This document shows positions 25,901 to 41,470 of a stretch of 64,000 nucleotides of DNA, piece after piece. The stretch's first letter is position 1. Every line of letters starts with the position of its first letter. The notes under the pieces were generated by a model. That model searched no databases and was not told where the DNA came from. It saw only the letters and a list, made by a program, of their open reading frames with translations. The DNA is from Eledone cirrhosa (lineage: Eukaryota): positions 21,080,001 through 21,144,000 of the forward strand of contig OZ024744.1 in the NCBI GenBank assembly GCA_964016885.1, given 5' to 3'. A program made the translations under genes and the position numbers.

Positions 25901-28900
25901 AATCTTAAGAACTGACTCGTTTTAACAACAGCTGAATCTTAAGATAAAACTCGTTTTAACAACAGTTGAATCTTAAGAACTGACTCGTTTTAACAACAGC
26001 TGAATCTTAAGTTAAAACTCGTTTTAACAACAGTTGAATCTTAACATAAAACTCGTTTTAACAACAGTTGAATCTTAAGAACTGACTCTTTTTAACAACA
26101 GTTGAATCTTAAGATAAAACTCGTTTTAACAACAGTTGAATCTAATGAGCTAACTCATTTTAACAACAGTTGAATCTTAAGTTAAGACTCGTTTTAACAA
26201 CAGTTGAATCTTAAGAACTGACTCGTTTTAACAACAGCTGAATCTTAAGATAAAGTTCGTTTTAACAACAGTTGAATCTTAAGAACTGACTCATTTTAAC
26301 AACAGTTGAATCTTCAAATAAAACTCGTTTTAACAATAGTGGAATCTTAAGAACTGACTCGTTTTAACAACAGTTGAATCTTAAGATAAAACTCGTTTTA
26401 ACAACAGTTGAATCTTAAGAACTGACTCGTTTTACCAACAGCTGAATCTTAAGATAAAACTCGTTTTAACAACAGTTCAAACTTAAGAAATGACTCGTTT
26501 TAACAAAAGTTGAATCTTATGAACTCACTCATTTTAACAACAGTTGAATCTTAAGATAACATTCGTTTTAACAACAGTTGAATCTTAAGAACTGATTCGT
26601 TTTAACAACAGTTGAATCTTAAGATAAAACTCGTTTTAACAACACTTGAATCTTAAGAACGGACTCGTTTTAACAACACCTGAATCTTAAGATAAAACTC
26701 GTTTTAACAACAGTTGAATCTTAAGAACTGATTCGTTTTAACAACAGTTCAAACTTAAGAACTGACTCGTTTTAACAACAGTTGAATCTTATGAACTGAC
26801 TCATTTTAACAACAGTTGAATCTTAAGATAACATTCGTTTTAACAACAGTTGAATCTTAAGAACTGATTCGTTTTAACAACAGTTGAATCTTTAAGATAA
26901 AACTCGTTTCGACAACAGTTGAATCTTAAGAACTGACTCGTTTTAACAACAGCTGAATCTTAAGATAAAACTCGTTTTAACAACAGTTGAATCTTAAGAT
27001 AAAACTCGTTTTAACAACAGTTGAATCTTAAGAACTGACTCGTTTTAACGACAGCTGAATCTTAAGATAAAACTCGTTTTAACAACAGTTCAAACTTAAG
27101 AAATGACTCGTTTTAACAACAGTTGAATCTTATGAACTGACTCATTTTAACAACAGCTGGATCTTAAGATAAAACTCGTTTTAACAACAGTTGAATCTTA
27201 AGAACTGATTCGTTTTAACAACAGCTGAATCTTAAGATAAAACTCGTTTTAACAACAGTTGAATCTTAAGAACTGACTCGTTTTAACAACAGCTGAATCT
27301 TAAGATAAAACTCGTTTTAACAACAGTTGAATCTTAAGATAAATCTCGTTTTAACAACAGTTGAATCTTAAGAACTGACTCTTTTTAACAACAGTTGAAT
27401 CTTAAGATAAAACTCGTTTTAACAACAGTTGAATCTTATGAGCTAACTCATTTTAACAACAGTTGAATCTTAAGTTAAGACTCGTTTTAACAACAGTTGA
27501 ATCTTAAGAACTGACTCGTTTTAACAACAGCTGAATCTTAAGATAAAACTCGTTTTAACAACAGTTGAATCTTAAGAACTGACTCGTTTTAACAACAGCT
27601 GAATCTTAAGATAAAACTCGTTTTAACAACAGTTGAATCTTAAGATAAAACTCGTTTTAACAACAGTTGAATCTTAAGTACTGACTCGTTTTAACAACAG
27701 TTGAATCTTAAGGTAAAACTCGTTTTAACAACAGTTGAATCTTATGAACTAACTCATTTTAACAACAGTTGAATCTTAAGTTAAGACTCGTTTTAACAAC
27801 AGTTGAATCTTAAGAACTGACTCGTTTTAACGACAGCTGAATCTTAAGATAAAACTCGTTTTAACAACAGTTGGATCTTAAGAACTGACTCGTTTTAACA
27901 ACAGTTGAATCTTACGATAAAACTCGTTTTAACAACAGTTGAATCTTATGAACTAACTCATTTTAACAACAGTTGAATCTTAAGTTAAGACTCGTTTTAA
28001 CAACAGTTGAATATTAAGACAAAACACGTTTTAACAACAGTTGAATCTTAAGAACTGTCTCGTTTTAACAACAGTTGAATCTTAAGATAAACCTCGTTTT
28101 AACAACAGTTTAATCTTAAGAACTGACTCGTTTTAACAACAGTTGAATCTTAAGACAAAACTCGTTTTAACAACAGTTGAATCTTAAGAACTGACTTGTT
28201 CTAACAACAGTTCAGCCTTAAGAACTGACTCGTTTTAAAACAGTTGAATCGTTAGAACTGACTCGTTTTAACAACAGTTGAATCTTAAAATAAACCTCGT
28301 TTTGACAACAGTTGAATCTTAAGAACTGACTCGTTTTAACAACAGTTAAATCTTAATAACTGACTCGTTTTAACAACAGTTGAATGTTAAGATAAAACGC
28401 GTGTTAACAATATTTGAATCTTAAGATAAAACTCGTTTTAACAACTGTTGAATCTTAAGAACTGACTCGTTTTAACAACATCTGAATCTTAAGATAAAAC
28501 TCGTTTTAACAACAGTTGAATCTTAAGAACTGACTCGTTTTAACAACAGCTGAATCTTAAGATAAAACTCGTTTTAACAACAGTTCAAACTTAAGAAATG
28601 ACTCGTTTTAAGAAAAGTTGAATCTTATGAACCCACTCATTTTAACAACAGTTGAATCTTAAGATAACATTCGTTTTAACAACAGTTGAATCTTAAGATA
28701 AAACTCGTTTTAACAACAGTTGAATCTTAAGAACGGACTCGTTTTAACAACAGCTGAATCTTAAGATAAAACTCGTTTTAACAACAGATGAATCTTAAGA
28801 ACTGATTCGTTTTAACAACAGTTCAAACTTAAGAACTGATTCGTTTTAACAACAGTTGAATCTTAAAATAAAACTCGTTTTAACAACAGTTGAATCTTAA

Positions 28901-30050
28901 GATAACATTCGTTTTAACAACAGTTGAATCTTAAGAACTGACTCGTTTTAACAACAGTTGAATCTTAAGAACTGACTCGTTTTAACGACAGCTGAATCTT
29001 AAGATAAATCTCGTTTTAACAACAGTTGAATCTTAAAGATAAAACTCGCTTTAACAACAGTTGAATCTTAAGAACTGACTCGTTTTAACAACAGTTGAAT
29101 CTTAAGAAAAAACCCGTTTTAACAACAGTTGAATATTAAGAACTGTCTCGTTTTAACAACAGTTGAATGTTAAGATAAAACTCGTTTTAACAATAGTTGT
29201 ATCTTAAGAACTGACTCGTTTTAACAACAGTTGAATCTTCAAATAAAACTCGTTTTAACAACAGTTGAATCTTAAGAACTGACTCGTTTTAACAACAGTT
29301 GAATGTTAAGATAAAACTCGTTTTAACAATAGTGGAATCTTAAGAACTGACTCGTTTTAACAACAGTTGAATCTTAAGATAAAACTCGTTTTAACAACAG
29401 TTGAATCTTAAGAACTGACTCGTTTTAACGACAGATGAATCTTAAGATAAAACTCGTTTTAACAACAGTTCAAACTTAAGAAATGACTCGTTTTAAGAAA
29501 AGTTGAATCTTATGAACTCACTCATTTTAACAACAGTTGAATCTTAAGATAACATTCGTTTTAACAACAGTTGAATCTTAAGAACTGATTCGTTTTAACA
29601 ACAGTTGAATCTTAAGATAAAACTCGTTTTAACAACAGTTGAATCTTAAGAACGGACTCGTTTTAACAACAGCTGAATCTTAAGATAAAACTCGTTTTAA
29701 CAACAGTTGAATCTTAAGAACTGATTCGTTTTAACAACAGTTGAATCTTAAGATAAAACTCGTTTTAACAACAGTTGAATCTTAAGAACTGACTCGTTTT
29801 AACGACAGCTGAATCTTAAGATAAAACTCGTTTTAACAACAGTTGAATCTTAAGAACTGACTCGTTTTAACGACAGCTGAATCTTAAGATAAATCTCGTT
29901 TTAACAAGAGTTGAATCTTAAAGATAAAACTCGCTTTAACAACAGTTGAATCTTAAGAACTGACTCGTTTTAACAACAGTTGAATCTTAAGACAAAACCC
30001 GTTTTAACAACAGTTGAATATTAAGAACTGTCTCGTTTTAACAACAGTTG
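10512..30050. repeat. Large HOR duplication: ~10512-19610 repeated at ~21090-30050 (offset 10577, then 10509 after a 68-bp deletion)
   Basis: Offset 10577: TTAACATAAA 10534/21111 and GAGTC 13114/23691. Offset 10509: TACGACAGC 15211/25720 and AGATAAAACGCGTG 17881/28390. Confidence 0.88.
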
Positions 30051-33000
30051 AATGTTAAGATAAAACTCGTTTTAACAATAGTTGTATCTTAAGAACTGAC
30101 TCGTTTTAACAACAGTTCAACCATAAGAACTGACTCGTTTTAAAACAGTTGAATCGTTAGAACTGACTCGTTTTAACAACAGTTGAATCTTAAAATAAAA
30201 CTCGTTTTAACAATAGTTGAATCTCAAGAACTGACTCGTTTTAGCAACAGTTGAATCTTAAGATAACACTCGTTTTAACAACAGTTGAATCTTAAGAACT
30301 GACTCGTTTTAACAACAGTTGAATGTTAAGATAAAACTCGTTTTAACAATAGTGGAATCTTAAGAACTGACTCGTTTTAACAACAGTTGAATCTTAAGAT
30401 AAAACTCGTTTTAACAACAGTTGAATCTTAAGAACTGACTCGTTTTAACGACAGATGAATCTTAAGATAAAACTCGTTTTAACAACAGTTCAAACTTAAG
30501 AAATGACTCGTTTTAAGAAAAGTTGAATCTTATGAACTCACTCATTTTAACAACAGTTGAATCTTAAGATAACATTCGTTTTAACAACAGTTGAATCTTA
30601 AGAACTGATTCGTTTTAACAACAGTTGAATCTTAAGATAAAACTCGTTTTAACAACAGTTGAATCTTAAGAACGGACTCGTTTTAACAACAGCTGAATCT
30701 TAAGATAAAACTCGTTTTAACAACAGTTGAATCTTAAGAACTGATTCGTTTTAACAACAGTTGAATCTTAAGATAAAACTCGTTTTAACAACAGTTGAAT
30801 CTTAAGAACTGACTCGTTTTAACGACAGCTGAATCTTAAGATAAAACTCGTTTTAACAACAGTTGAATCTTAAGAACTGACTCGTTTTAACGACAGCTGA
30901 ATCTTAAGATAAATCTCGTTTTAACAAGAGTTGAATCTTAAAGATAAAACTCGCTTTAACAACAGTTGAATCTTAAGAACTGACTCGTTTTAACAACAGT
31001 TGAATCTTAAGACAAAACCCGTTTTAACAACAGTTGAATATTAAGAACTGTCTCGTTTTAACAACAGTTGAATGTTAAGATAAAACTCGTTTTAACAATA
31101 GTTGTATCTTAAGAACTGACTCGTTTTAACAACAGTTCAACCATAAGAACTGACTCGTTTTAAAACAGTTGAATCGTTAGAACTGACTCGTTTTAACAAC
31201 AGTTGAATCTTAAAATAAAACTCGTTTTAACAATAGTTGAATCTCAAGAACTGACTCGTTTTAGCAACAGTTGAATCTTAAGATAACACTCGTTTTCATA
31301 ACAGTTGAATCTTAAGAACTGTCTCGTTTTAACAACAGTTGAATTTTAAGATAAACCTCGTTTTGACAACAGTTGAATCTTAAGAACTGACTCGTTTTAA
31401 CAACAGTTAAATCTTAATAACTGACTCGTTTTAACAACAGTTGAATGTTAAGATAAAACTCGTTTTAACAATAGTTGAATCTTAAGAACTGACTCGTTTT
31501 AACAACAGTTGAATCTTAAGATAAAACTCGTTTTAACAACTGTTGAATCTTAAGAACTGACTCGTTTTAACAACAGCTGAATCTTAAGATAAAACTCGTT
31601 TTAACAACAGTTGAATCTTAAGAACTGACTCGTTTTAACAACAGTTGAATCTTCAAATAAAACTCGTTTTAACAACAGTTGAATCTTAAGAACTGACTCG
31701 TTTTAACAACAGTTGAATGTTAAGATAAAACTCGTTTTAATAATAGTGGAATCTTAAGAACTGACTCGTTTTAACAACAGTTGAATCTTAAGATAAAACT
31801 CGTTTTAACAACAGTTGAATCTTAAGAACTGACTTGTTTTAACAACAGCTGAATCTTAAGATAAAACTCGATTGAACAACAGTTCAAACTTAAGAAATGA
31901 CTCGTTTTAACAAAAGTTGAATCTTATGAACTCACTCATTTTAACAACAGTTGAATCTTAAGATAACATTCGTTTTAACAACAGTTGAATCTTAAGAACT
32001 GATTCGTTTTAACAACAGTTGAATCTTAAGATAAAACTCGTTTTAACAACACGTGAATCTTAAGAACGGACTCGTTTAACAACACCTGAATCTTAAGATA
32101 AAACTCGTTTTAACAACAGTTGAATCTTAAGATAAAACTCGTTTTAACAACAGTTGAATCTTAAGAACTGACTCGTTTTTACGACAGCTGAATCTTAAGA
32201 TAAAATTCGTTTTAACAACAGTTCAAACTTAAGAAATGACTCGTTTTAACAACAGTTGAATCTTATGAACTGACTCATTTTAACAACAGTTGAATCTTAA
32301 GAACTGATTCGTTTTAACAACAGCTGAATCTTAAGATAAAACTCGTTTTAACAACAGTTGAATCTTAAGAACTGACTCGTTTTAACAACAGCTGAATCTT
32401 AAGATAAAACTCGTTTTAACAACAGTTGAATCTTAAGAACTGACTCGTTTTAACAACAGCTGAATCTTAAGTTAAAACTCGTTTTAACAACAGTTGAATC
32501 TTAACATAAAACTCGTTTTAACAACAGTTGAATCTTAAGAACTGACTCTTTTTAACAACAGTTGAATCTTAAGATAAAACTCGTTTTAACAACAGTTGAA
32601 TCTAATGAGCTAACTCATTTTAACAACAGTTGAATCTTAAGTTAAGACTCGTTTTAACAACAGTTGAATCTTAAGAACTGACTCGTTTTAACAACAGCTG
32701 AATCTTAAGATAAAGTTCGTTTTAACAACAGTTGAATCTTAAGAACTGACTCATTTTAACAACAGTTGAATCTTCAAATAAAACTCGTTTTAACAATAGT
32801 GGAATCTTAAGAACTGACTCGTTTTAACAACAGTTGAATCTTAAGATAAAACTCGTTTTAACAACAGTTGAATCTTAAGAACTGACTCGTTTTACCAACA
32901 GCTGAATCTTAAGATAAAACTCGTTTTAACAACAGTTCAAACTTAAGAAATGACTCGTTTTAACAAAAGTTGAATCTTATGAACTCACTCATTTTAACAA

Positions 33001-36000
33001 CAGTTGAATCTTAAGATAACATTCGTTTTAACAACAGTTGAATCTTAAGAACTGATTCGTTTTAACAACAGTTGAATCTTAAGATAAAACTCGTTTTAAC
33101 AACACTTGAATCTTAAGAACGGACTCGTTTTAACAACACCTGAATCTTAAGATAAAACTCGTTTTAACAACAGTTGAATCTTAAGAACTGATTCGTTTTA
33201 ACAACAGTTCAAACTTAAGAACTGACTCGTTTTAACAACAGTTGAATCTTATGAACTGACTCATTTTAACAACAGTTGAATCTTAAGATAACATTCGTTT
33301 TAACAACAGTTGAATCTTAAGAACTGATTCGTTTTAACAACAGTTGAATCTTTAAGATAAAACTCGTTTCGACAACAGTTGAATCTTAAGAACTGACTCG
33401 TTTTAACAACAGCTGAATCTTAAGATAAAACTCGTTTTAACAACAGTTGAATCTTAAGATAAAACTCGTTTTAACAACAGTTGAATCTTAAGAACTGACT
33501 CGTTTTAACGACAGCTGAATCTTAAGATAAAACTCGTTTTAACAACAGTTCAAACTTAAGAAATGACTCGTTTTAACAACAGTTGAATCTTATGAACTGA
33601 CTCATTTTAACAACAGCTGAATCTTAAGATAAAACTCGTTTTAACAACAGTTGAATCTTAAGAACTGATTCGTTTTAACAACAGCTGAATCTTAAGATAA
33701 AACTCGTTTTAACAACAGTTGAATCTTAAGAACTGACTCGTTTTAACAACAGCTGAATCTTAAGATAAAACTCGTTTTAACAACAGTTGAATCTTAAGAT
33801 AAATCTCGTTTTAACAACAGTTGAATCTTAAGAACTGACTCTTTTTAACAACAGTTGAATCTTAAGATAAAACTCGTTTTAACAACAGTTGAATCTTATG
33901 AGCTAACTCATTTTAACAACAGTTGAATCTTAAGTTAAGACTCGTTTTAACAACAGTTGAATCTTAAGAACTGACTCGTTTTAACAACAGCTGAATCTTA
34001 AGATAAAACTCGTTTTAACAACAGTTGAATCTTAAGAACTGACTCGTTTTAACAACAGCTGAATCTTAAGATAAAACTCGTTTTAACAACAGTTGAATCT
34101 TAAGATAAAACTCGTTTTAACAACAGTTGAATCTTAAGTACTGACTCGTTTTAACAACAGTTGAATCTTAAGGTAAAACTCGTTTTAACAACAGTTGAAT
34201 CTTATGAACTAACTCATTTTAACAACAGTTGAATCTTAAGTTAAGACTCGTTTTAACAACAGTTGAATCTTAAGAACTGACTCGTTTTAACGACAGCTGA
34301 ATCTTAAGATAAAACTCGTTTTAACAACAGTTGGATCTTAAGAACTGACTCGTTTTAACAACAGTTGAATCTTACGATAAAACTCGTTTTAACAACAGTT
34401 GAATCTTATGAACTAACTCATTTTAACAACAGTTGAATCTTAAGTTAAGACTCGTTTTAACAACAGTTGAATATTAAGACAAAACCCGTTTTAACAACAG
34501 TTGAATCTTAAGAACTGTCTCGTTTTAACAACAGTTGAATCTTAAGATAAACCTCGTTTTAACAACAGTTTAATCTTAAGAACTGACTCGTTTTAACAAC
34601 AGTTGAATCTTAAGACAAAACTCGTTTTAACAACAGTTGAATCTTAAGAACTGACTTGTTCTAACAACAGTTCAGCCTTAAGAACTGACTCGTTTTAAAA
34701 CAGTTGAATCGTTAGAACTGACTCGTTTTAACAACAGTTGAATCTTAAAATAAACCTCGTTTTGACAACAGTTGAATCTTAAGAACTGACTCGTTTTAAC
34801 AACAGTTAAATCTTAATAACTGACTCGTTTTAACAACAGTTGAATGTTAAGATAAAACGCGTGTTAACAATAGTTGAATCTTAAGATAAAACTCGTTTTA
34901 ACAACTGTTGAATCTTAAGAACTGACTCGTTTTAACAACATCTGAATCTTAAGATAAAACTCGTTTTAACAACAGTTGAATCTTAAGAACTGACTCGTTT
35001 TAACAACAGCTGAATCTTAAGATAAAACTCGTTTTAACAACAGTTCAAACTTAAGAAATGACTCGTTTTAAGAAAAGTTGAATCTTATGAACCCACTCAT
35101 TTTAACAACAGTTGAATCTTAAGATAACATTCGTTTTAACAACAGTTGAATCTTAAGATAAAACTCGTTTTAACAACAGTTGAATCTTAAGAACGGACTC
35201 GTTTTAACAACAGCTGAATCTTAAGATAAAACTCGTTTTAACAACAGATGAATCTTAAGAACTGATTCGTTTTAACAACAGTTCAAACTTAAGAACTGAT
35301 TCGTTTTAACAACAGTTGAATCTTAAAATAAAACTCGTTTTAACAACAGTTGAATCTTAAGATAACATTCGTTTTAACAACAGTTGAATCTTAAGAACTG
35401 ACTCGTTTTAACAACAGTTGAATCTTAAGAACTGACTCGTTTTAACGACAGCTGAATCTTAAGATAAATCTCGTTTTAACAACAGTTGAATCTTAAAGAT
35501 AAAACTCGCTTTAACAACAGTTGAATCTTAAGAACTGACTCGTTTTAACAACAGTTGAATCTTAAGAAAAAACCCGTTTTAACAACAGTTGAATATTAAG
35601 AACTGTCTCGTTTTAACAACAGTTGAATGTTAAGATAAAACTCGTTTTAACAATAGTTGTATCTTAAGAACTGACTCGTTTTAACAACAGTTGAATCTTC
35701 AAATAAAACTCGTTTTAACAACAGTTGAATCTTAAGAACTGACTCGTTTTAACAACAGTTGAATGTTAAGATAAAACTCGTTTTAACAATAGTGGAATCT
35801 TAAGAACTGACTCGTTTTAACAACAGTTGAATCTTAAGATAAAACTCGTTTTAACAACAGTTGAATCTTAAGAACTGACTCGTTTTAACGACAGATGAAT
35901 CTTAAGATAAAACTCGTTTTAACAACAGTTCAAACTTAAGAAATGACTCGTTTTAAGAAAAGTTGAATCTTATGAACTCACTCATTTTAACAACAGTTGA

Positions 36001-36330
36001 ATCTTAAGATAACATTCGTTTTAACAACAGTTGAATCTTAAGAACTGATTCGTTTTAACAACAGTTGAATCTTAAGATAAAACTCGTTTTAACAACAGTT
36101 GAATCTTAAGAACGGACTCGTTTTAACAACAGCTGAATCTTAAGATAAAACTCGTTTTAACAACAGTTGAATCTTAAGAACTGATTCGTTTTAACAACAG
36201 TTGAATCTTAAGATAAAACTCGTTTTAACAACAGTTGAATCTTAAGAACTGACTCGTTTTAACGACAGCTGAATCTTAAGATAAAACTCGTTTTAACAAC
36301 AGTTGAATCTTAAGAACTGACTCGTTTTAA
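24690..36330. repeat. HOR duplication with offset 6460-6461 bp (190 monomers): ~24690-29870 repeated at ~31145-36330
   Basis: ATTGAACAAC 25410/31871, TACGACAGC 25720/32180, AGATAAAACGCGTG 28390/34850, AATGAG 26144/32604. Confidence 0.88.
29250..31296. repeat. Apparently perfect tandem duplication of a 1020-bp (30-monomer) unit
   Basis: Lines from 29281 onward read the same as lines from 30301 onward. The variant TTCAACCATAAG occurs only at ~30116 and ~31136. Confidence 0.92.
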
Positions 36331-39300
36331 CAACAGTTGAATCTTAAGATAAAACTCGTTTTAACAACAGTTGAATCTTAAGAACTGACTCGTTTTAACG
36401 ACAGCTGAATCTTAAGATAAATCTCGTTTTAACAAGAGTTGAATCTTAAAGATAAAACTCGCTTTAACAACAGTTGAATCTTAAGAACTGACTCGTTTTA
36501 ACAACAGTTGAATCTTAAGACAAAACCCGTTTTAACAACAGTTGAATATTAAGAACTGTCTCGTTTTAACAACAGTTGAATGTTAAGATAAAACTCGTTT
36601 TAACAATAGTTGTATCTTAAGAACTGACTCGTTTTAACAACAGTTGAATCTTCAAATAAAACTCGTTTTAACAACAGTTGAATCTTAAGAACTGACTCGT
36701 TTTAACAACAGTTGAATGTTAAGATAAAACTCGTTTTAACAATAGTGGAATCTTAAGAACTGACTCGTTTTAACAACAGTTGAATCTTAAGATAAAACTC
36801 GTTTTAACAACAGTTGAATCTTAAGAACTGACTCGTTTTAACGACAGATGAATCTTAAGATAAAACTCGTTTTAACAACAGTTGAATCTTAAGAACTGAC
36901 TCGTTTTAACAACAGTTGAATCTTAAGATAAAACTCGTTTTAACAACAGTTGAATCTTATGAACTAACTCATTTTAACAACAGTTGAATCTTAAGTTAAG
37001 AATCGTTTTAACAACAGTTGAATCTTAAGAACTGACTCGTTTTAACGACAGCTGAATCTTAAGATAAAACTCGTTTTAACAACAGTTGGATCTTAAGAAC
37101 TGACTCGTTTTAACAACAGTTGAATCTTACGATAAAACTCGTTTTAACAACAGTTGAATCTTATGAACTAACTCATTTTAACAACAGTTGAATCTTAAGT
37201 TAAGACTCGTTTTAACAACAGTTGAATCTTAAGAACTGACTCGTTTTAACAACAGTTGAATCTTAAGACAAAACCCGTTTTAACAACAGTTGAATCTTAA
37301 GAACTGACTCGTTTTAACAACAGTTGAATCTTAAGAACTGATTCGTTTTAACAACAGTTCAAACTTAAGAACTGATTCGTTTTAACAACAGTTGAATCTT
37401 AAAATAAAACTCGTTTTAACAACAGTTGAATCTTAAGATAACATTCGTTTTAACAACAGTTGAATCTTAAGAACTGACTCGTTTTAACAACAGTTGAATC
37501 TTAAGATAAAACTCGTTTTAACAACAGTTGAATCTTAAGAACTGACTCGTTTTAACGACAGCTGAATCTTAAGATAAATCTCGTTTTAACAACAGTTGAA
37601 TCTTAAAGATAAAACTCGCTTTAACAACAGTTGAATCTTAAGAACTGACTCGTTTTAACAACAGTTGAATCTTAAGAAAAAACCCGTTTTAACAACAGTT
37701 GAATATTAAGAACTGTCTCGTTTTAACAACAGTTGAATGTTAAGATAAAACTCGTTTTAACAATAGTTGTATCTTAAGAACTGACTCGTTTTAACAACAG
37801 TTGAATCTTCAAATAAAACTCGTTTTAACAACAGTTGAATCTTAAGAACTGACTCGTTTTAACAACAGTTGAATGTTAAGATAAAACTCGTTTTAACAAT
37901 AGTGGAATCTTAAGAACTGACTCGTTTTAACAACAGTTGAATCTTAAGATAAAACTCGTTTTAACAACAGTTGAATCTTAAGAACTGACTCGTTTTAACG
38001 ACAGATGAATCTTAAGATAAAACTCGTTTTAACAACAGTTCAAACTTAAGAAATGACTCGTTTTAAGAAAAGTTGAATCTTATGAACTCACTCATTTTAA
38101 CAACAGTTGAATCTTAAGATAACATTCGTTTTAACAACAGTTGAATCTTAAGAACTGATTCGTTTTAACAACAGTTGAATCTTAAGATAAAACTCGTTTT
38201 AACAACAGTTGAATCTTAAGAACGGACTCGTTTTAACAACAGCTGAATCTTAAGATAAAACTCGTTTTAACAACAGTTGAATCTTAAGAACTGATTCGTT
38301 TTAACAACAGTTCAAACTTAAGAACTGATTCGTTTTAACAACAGTTGAATCTTATGAACTGACTCATTTTAACAACAGTTGAATCTTAAGATAACATTCG
38401 TTTTAACAACAGTTGAATCTTAAGAACTGACTCGTTTTAACAACAGTTGAATCTTAAGATAAAACTCGTTTTAACAACAGTTGAATCTTAAGAACTGACT
38501 CGTTTTAACGACAGCTGAATCTTAAGATAAATCTCGTTTTAACAAGAGTTGAATCTTAAAGATAAAACTCGCTTTAACAACAGTTGAATCTTAAGAACTG
38601 ACTCGTTTTAACAACAGTTGAATCTTAAGACAAAACCCGTTTTAACAACAGTTGAATATTAAGAACTGTCTCGTTTTAACAACAGTTGAATGTTAAGATA
38701 AATCTCGTTTTAACAATAGTTGTATCTTAAGAACTGACTCGTTTTAACAACAGTTGAATCTTCAAATAAAACTCGTTTTAACAACAGTTGAATCTTAAGA
38801 ACTGACTCGTTTTAACAACAGTTGAATGTTAAGATAAAACTCGTTTTAACAATAGTGGAATCTTAAGAACTGACTCGTTTTAACAACAGTTGAATCTTAA
38901 GATAAAACTCGTTTTAACAACAGTTGAATCTTAAGAACTGACTCGTTTTAACGACAGATGAATCTTAAGATAAAACTCGTTTTAACAACAGTTGAATCTT
39001 AAGAACTGACTCGTTTTAACAACAGTTGAATCTTAAGATAAAACTCGTTTTAACAACAGTTGAATCTTATGAACTAACTCATTTTAACAACAGTTGAATC
39101 TTAAGTTAAGAATCGTTTTAACAACAGTTGAATCTTAAGAACTGACTCGTTTTAACGACAGCTGAATCTTAAGATAAAACTCGTTTTAACAACAGTTGGA
39201 TCTTAAGAACTGACTCGTTTTAACAACAGTTGAATCTTACGATAAAACTCGTTTTAACAACATTTGAATCTTATGAACTAACTCATTTTAACAACAGTTG

Positions 39301-41470
39301 AATCTTAAGTTAAGACTCGTTTTAACAACAGTTGAATCTTAAGAACTGACTCGTTTTAACAACAGTTGAATCTTAAGACAAAACCCGTTTTAACAACAGT
39401 TGAATCTTAAGAACTGACTCGTTTTAACAACAGTTGAATCTTAAGAACTGATTCGTTTTAACAACAGTTCAAACTTAAGAACTGATTCGTTTTAACAACA
39501 GTTGAATCTTAAAATAAAACTCGTTTTAACAACAGTTGAATCTTAAGATAACATTCGTTTTAACAACAGTTGAATCTTAAGAACTGACTCGTTTTAACAA
39601 CAGTTGAATCTTAAGATAAAACTCGTTTTAACAACAGTTGAATCTTAAGAACTGACTCGTTTTAACGACAGCTGAATCTTAAGATAAATCTCGTTTTAAC
39701 AACAGTTGAATCTTAAAGATAAAACTCGCTTTAACAACAGTTGAATCTTAAGAACTGACTCGTTTTAACAACAGTTGAATCTTAAGAAAAAACCCGTTTT
39801 AACAACAGTTGAATATTAAGAACTGTCTCGTTTTAACAACAGTTGAATGTTAAGATAAAACTCGTTTTAACAATAGTTGTATCTTAAGAACTGACTCGTT
39901 TTAACAACAGTTGAATCTTCAAATAAAACTCGTTTTAACAACAGTTGAATCTTAAGAACTGACTCGTTTTAACAACAGTTGAATGTTAAGATAAAACTCG
40001 TTTTAACAATAGTGGAATCTTAAGAACTGACTCGTTTTAACAACAGTTGAATCTTAAGATAAAACTCGTTTTAACAACAGTTGAATCTTAAGAACTGACT
40101 CGTTTTAACGACAGATGAATCTTAAGATAAAACTCGTTTTAACAACAGTCCAAACTTAAGAAATGACTCGTTTTAAGAAAAGTTGAATCTTATGAACTCA
40201 CTCATTTTAACAACAGTTGAATCTTAAGATAAAACTCGTTTTAACAACAGTTGAATCTTAAGAACGGACTCGTTTTAACAACAGCTGAATCTTAAGATAA
40301 AACTCGTTTTAACAACAGTTGAATCTTAAGAACTGATTCGTTTTAACAACAGTTCAAACTTAAGAACTGATTCGTTTTAACAACAGTTGAATCTTATGAA
40401 CTGACTCATTTTAACAACAGTTGAATCTTAAGATAACATTCGTTTTAACAACAGTTGAATCTTAAGAACTGACTCGTTTTAACAACAGTTGAATCTTAAG
40501 ATAAAACTCGTTTTAACAACAGTTGAATCTTAAGAACTGACTCGTTTTAACGACAGCTGAATCTTATGATAAATCTCGTTTTAACAAGAGTTGAATCTTA
40601 AAGATAAAACTCGCTTTAACAACAGTTGAATCTTAAGAACTGACTCGTTTTAACAACAGTTGAATCTTAAGACAAAACCCGTTTTAACAACAGTTGAATA
40701 TTAAGAACTGTCTCGTTTTAACAACAGTTGAATGTTAAGATAAAACTCGTTTTAACAATAGTTGTATCTTAAGAACTGACTCGTTTTAACAACAGTTGAA
40801 TCTTCAAATAAAACTCGTTTTAACAACAGTTGAATCTTAAGAACTGACTCGTTTTAACAACAGTTGAATGTTAAGATAAAACTCGTTTTAACAATAGTGG
40901 AATCTTAAGAACTGACTCGTTTTAACAACAGTTGAATCTTAAGATAAAACTCGTTTTAACAACAGTTGAATCTTAAGAACTGACTCGTTTTAACGACAGA
41001 TGAATCTTAAGATAAAACTCGTTTTAACAACAGTTGAATCTTAAGAACTGACTTGTTTTAACAACAGTTGAATCTTAAGATAAAACTCGTTTTAACAACA
41101 GTTGAATCTTATGAACTAACTCATTTTAACAACAGTTGAATCTTAAGTTAAGAATCGTTTTAACAACAGTTGAATCTTAAGAACTGACTCGTTTTAACGA
41201 CAGCTGAATCTTAAGATAAAACTCGTTTTAACAACAGTTGGATCTTAAGAACTGACTCGTTTTAACAACAGTTGAATCTTACGATAAAACTCGTTTTAAC
41301 AACAGTTGAATCTTATGAACTAACTCATTTTAACAACAGTTGAATCTTAAGTTAAGACTCGTTTTAACAACATTTGAATCTTAAGAACTGACTCGTTTTA
41401 ACAACAGTTGAATCTTAAGACAAAACCCGTTTTAACAACAGTTGAATCTTAAGAACTGACTCGTTTTAAC
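35320..41470. repeat. About three tandem copies of a 2110-bp (62-monomer) HOR, itself made of 953-bp and 1157-bp related halves
   Basis: CTTAAGAAAAAACCC at 35561, 37671 and 39781 (2110 spacing). TTAAGTTAAGAATCG at 36991, 39101 and 41143 (2110, then 2042). +1 monomers TCTTAAAGAT..GCTTT at 35491, 36444 and 37601. Confidence 0.85.

Noticed and set aside
32071-32080. Private 1-bp deletion (CTCGTTTAAC)
   Set aside because: It is a singleton in a T homopolymer and absent from homologues at ~15100 and ~25610, so it cannot be distinguished from a sequencing error.
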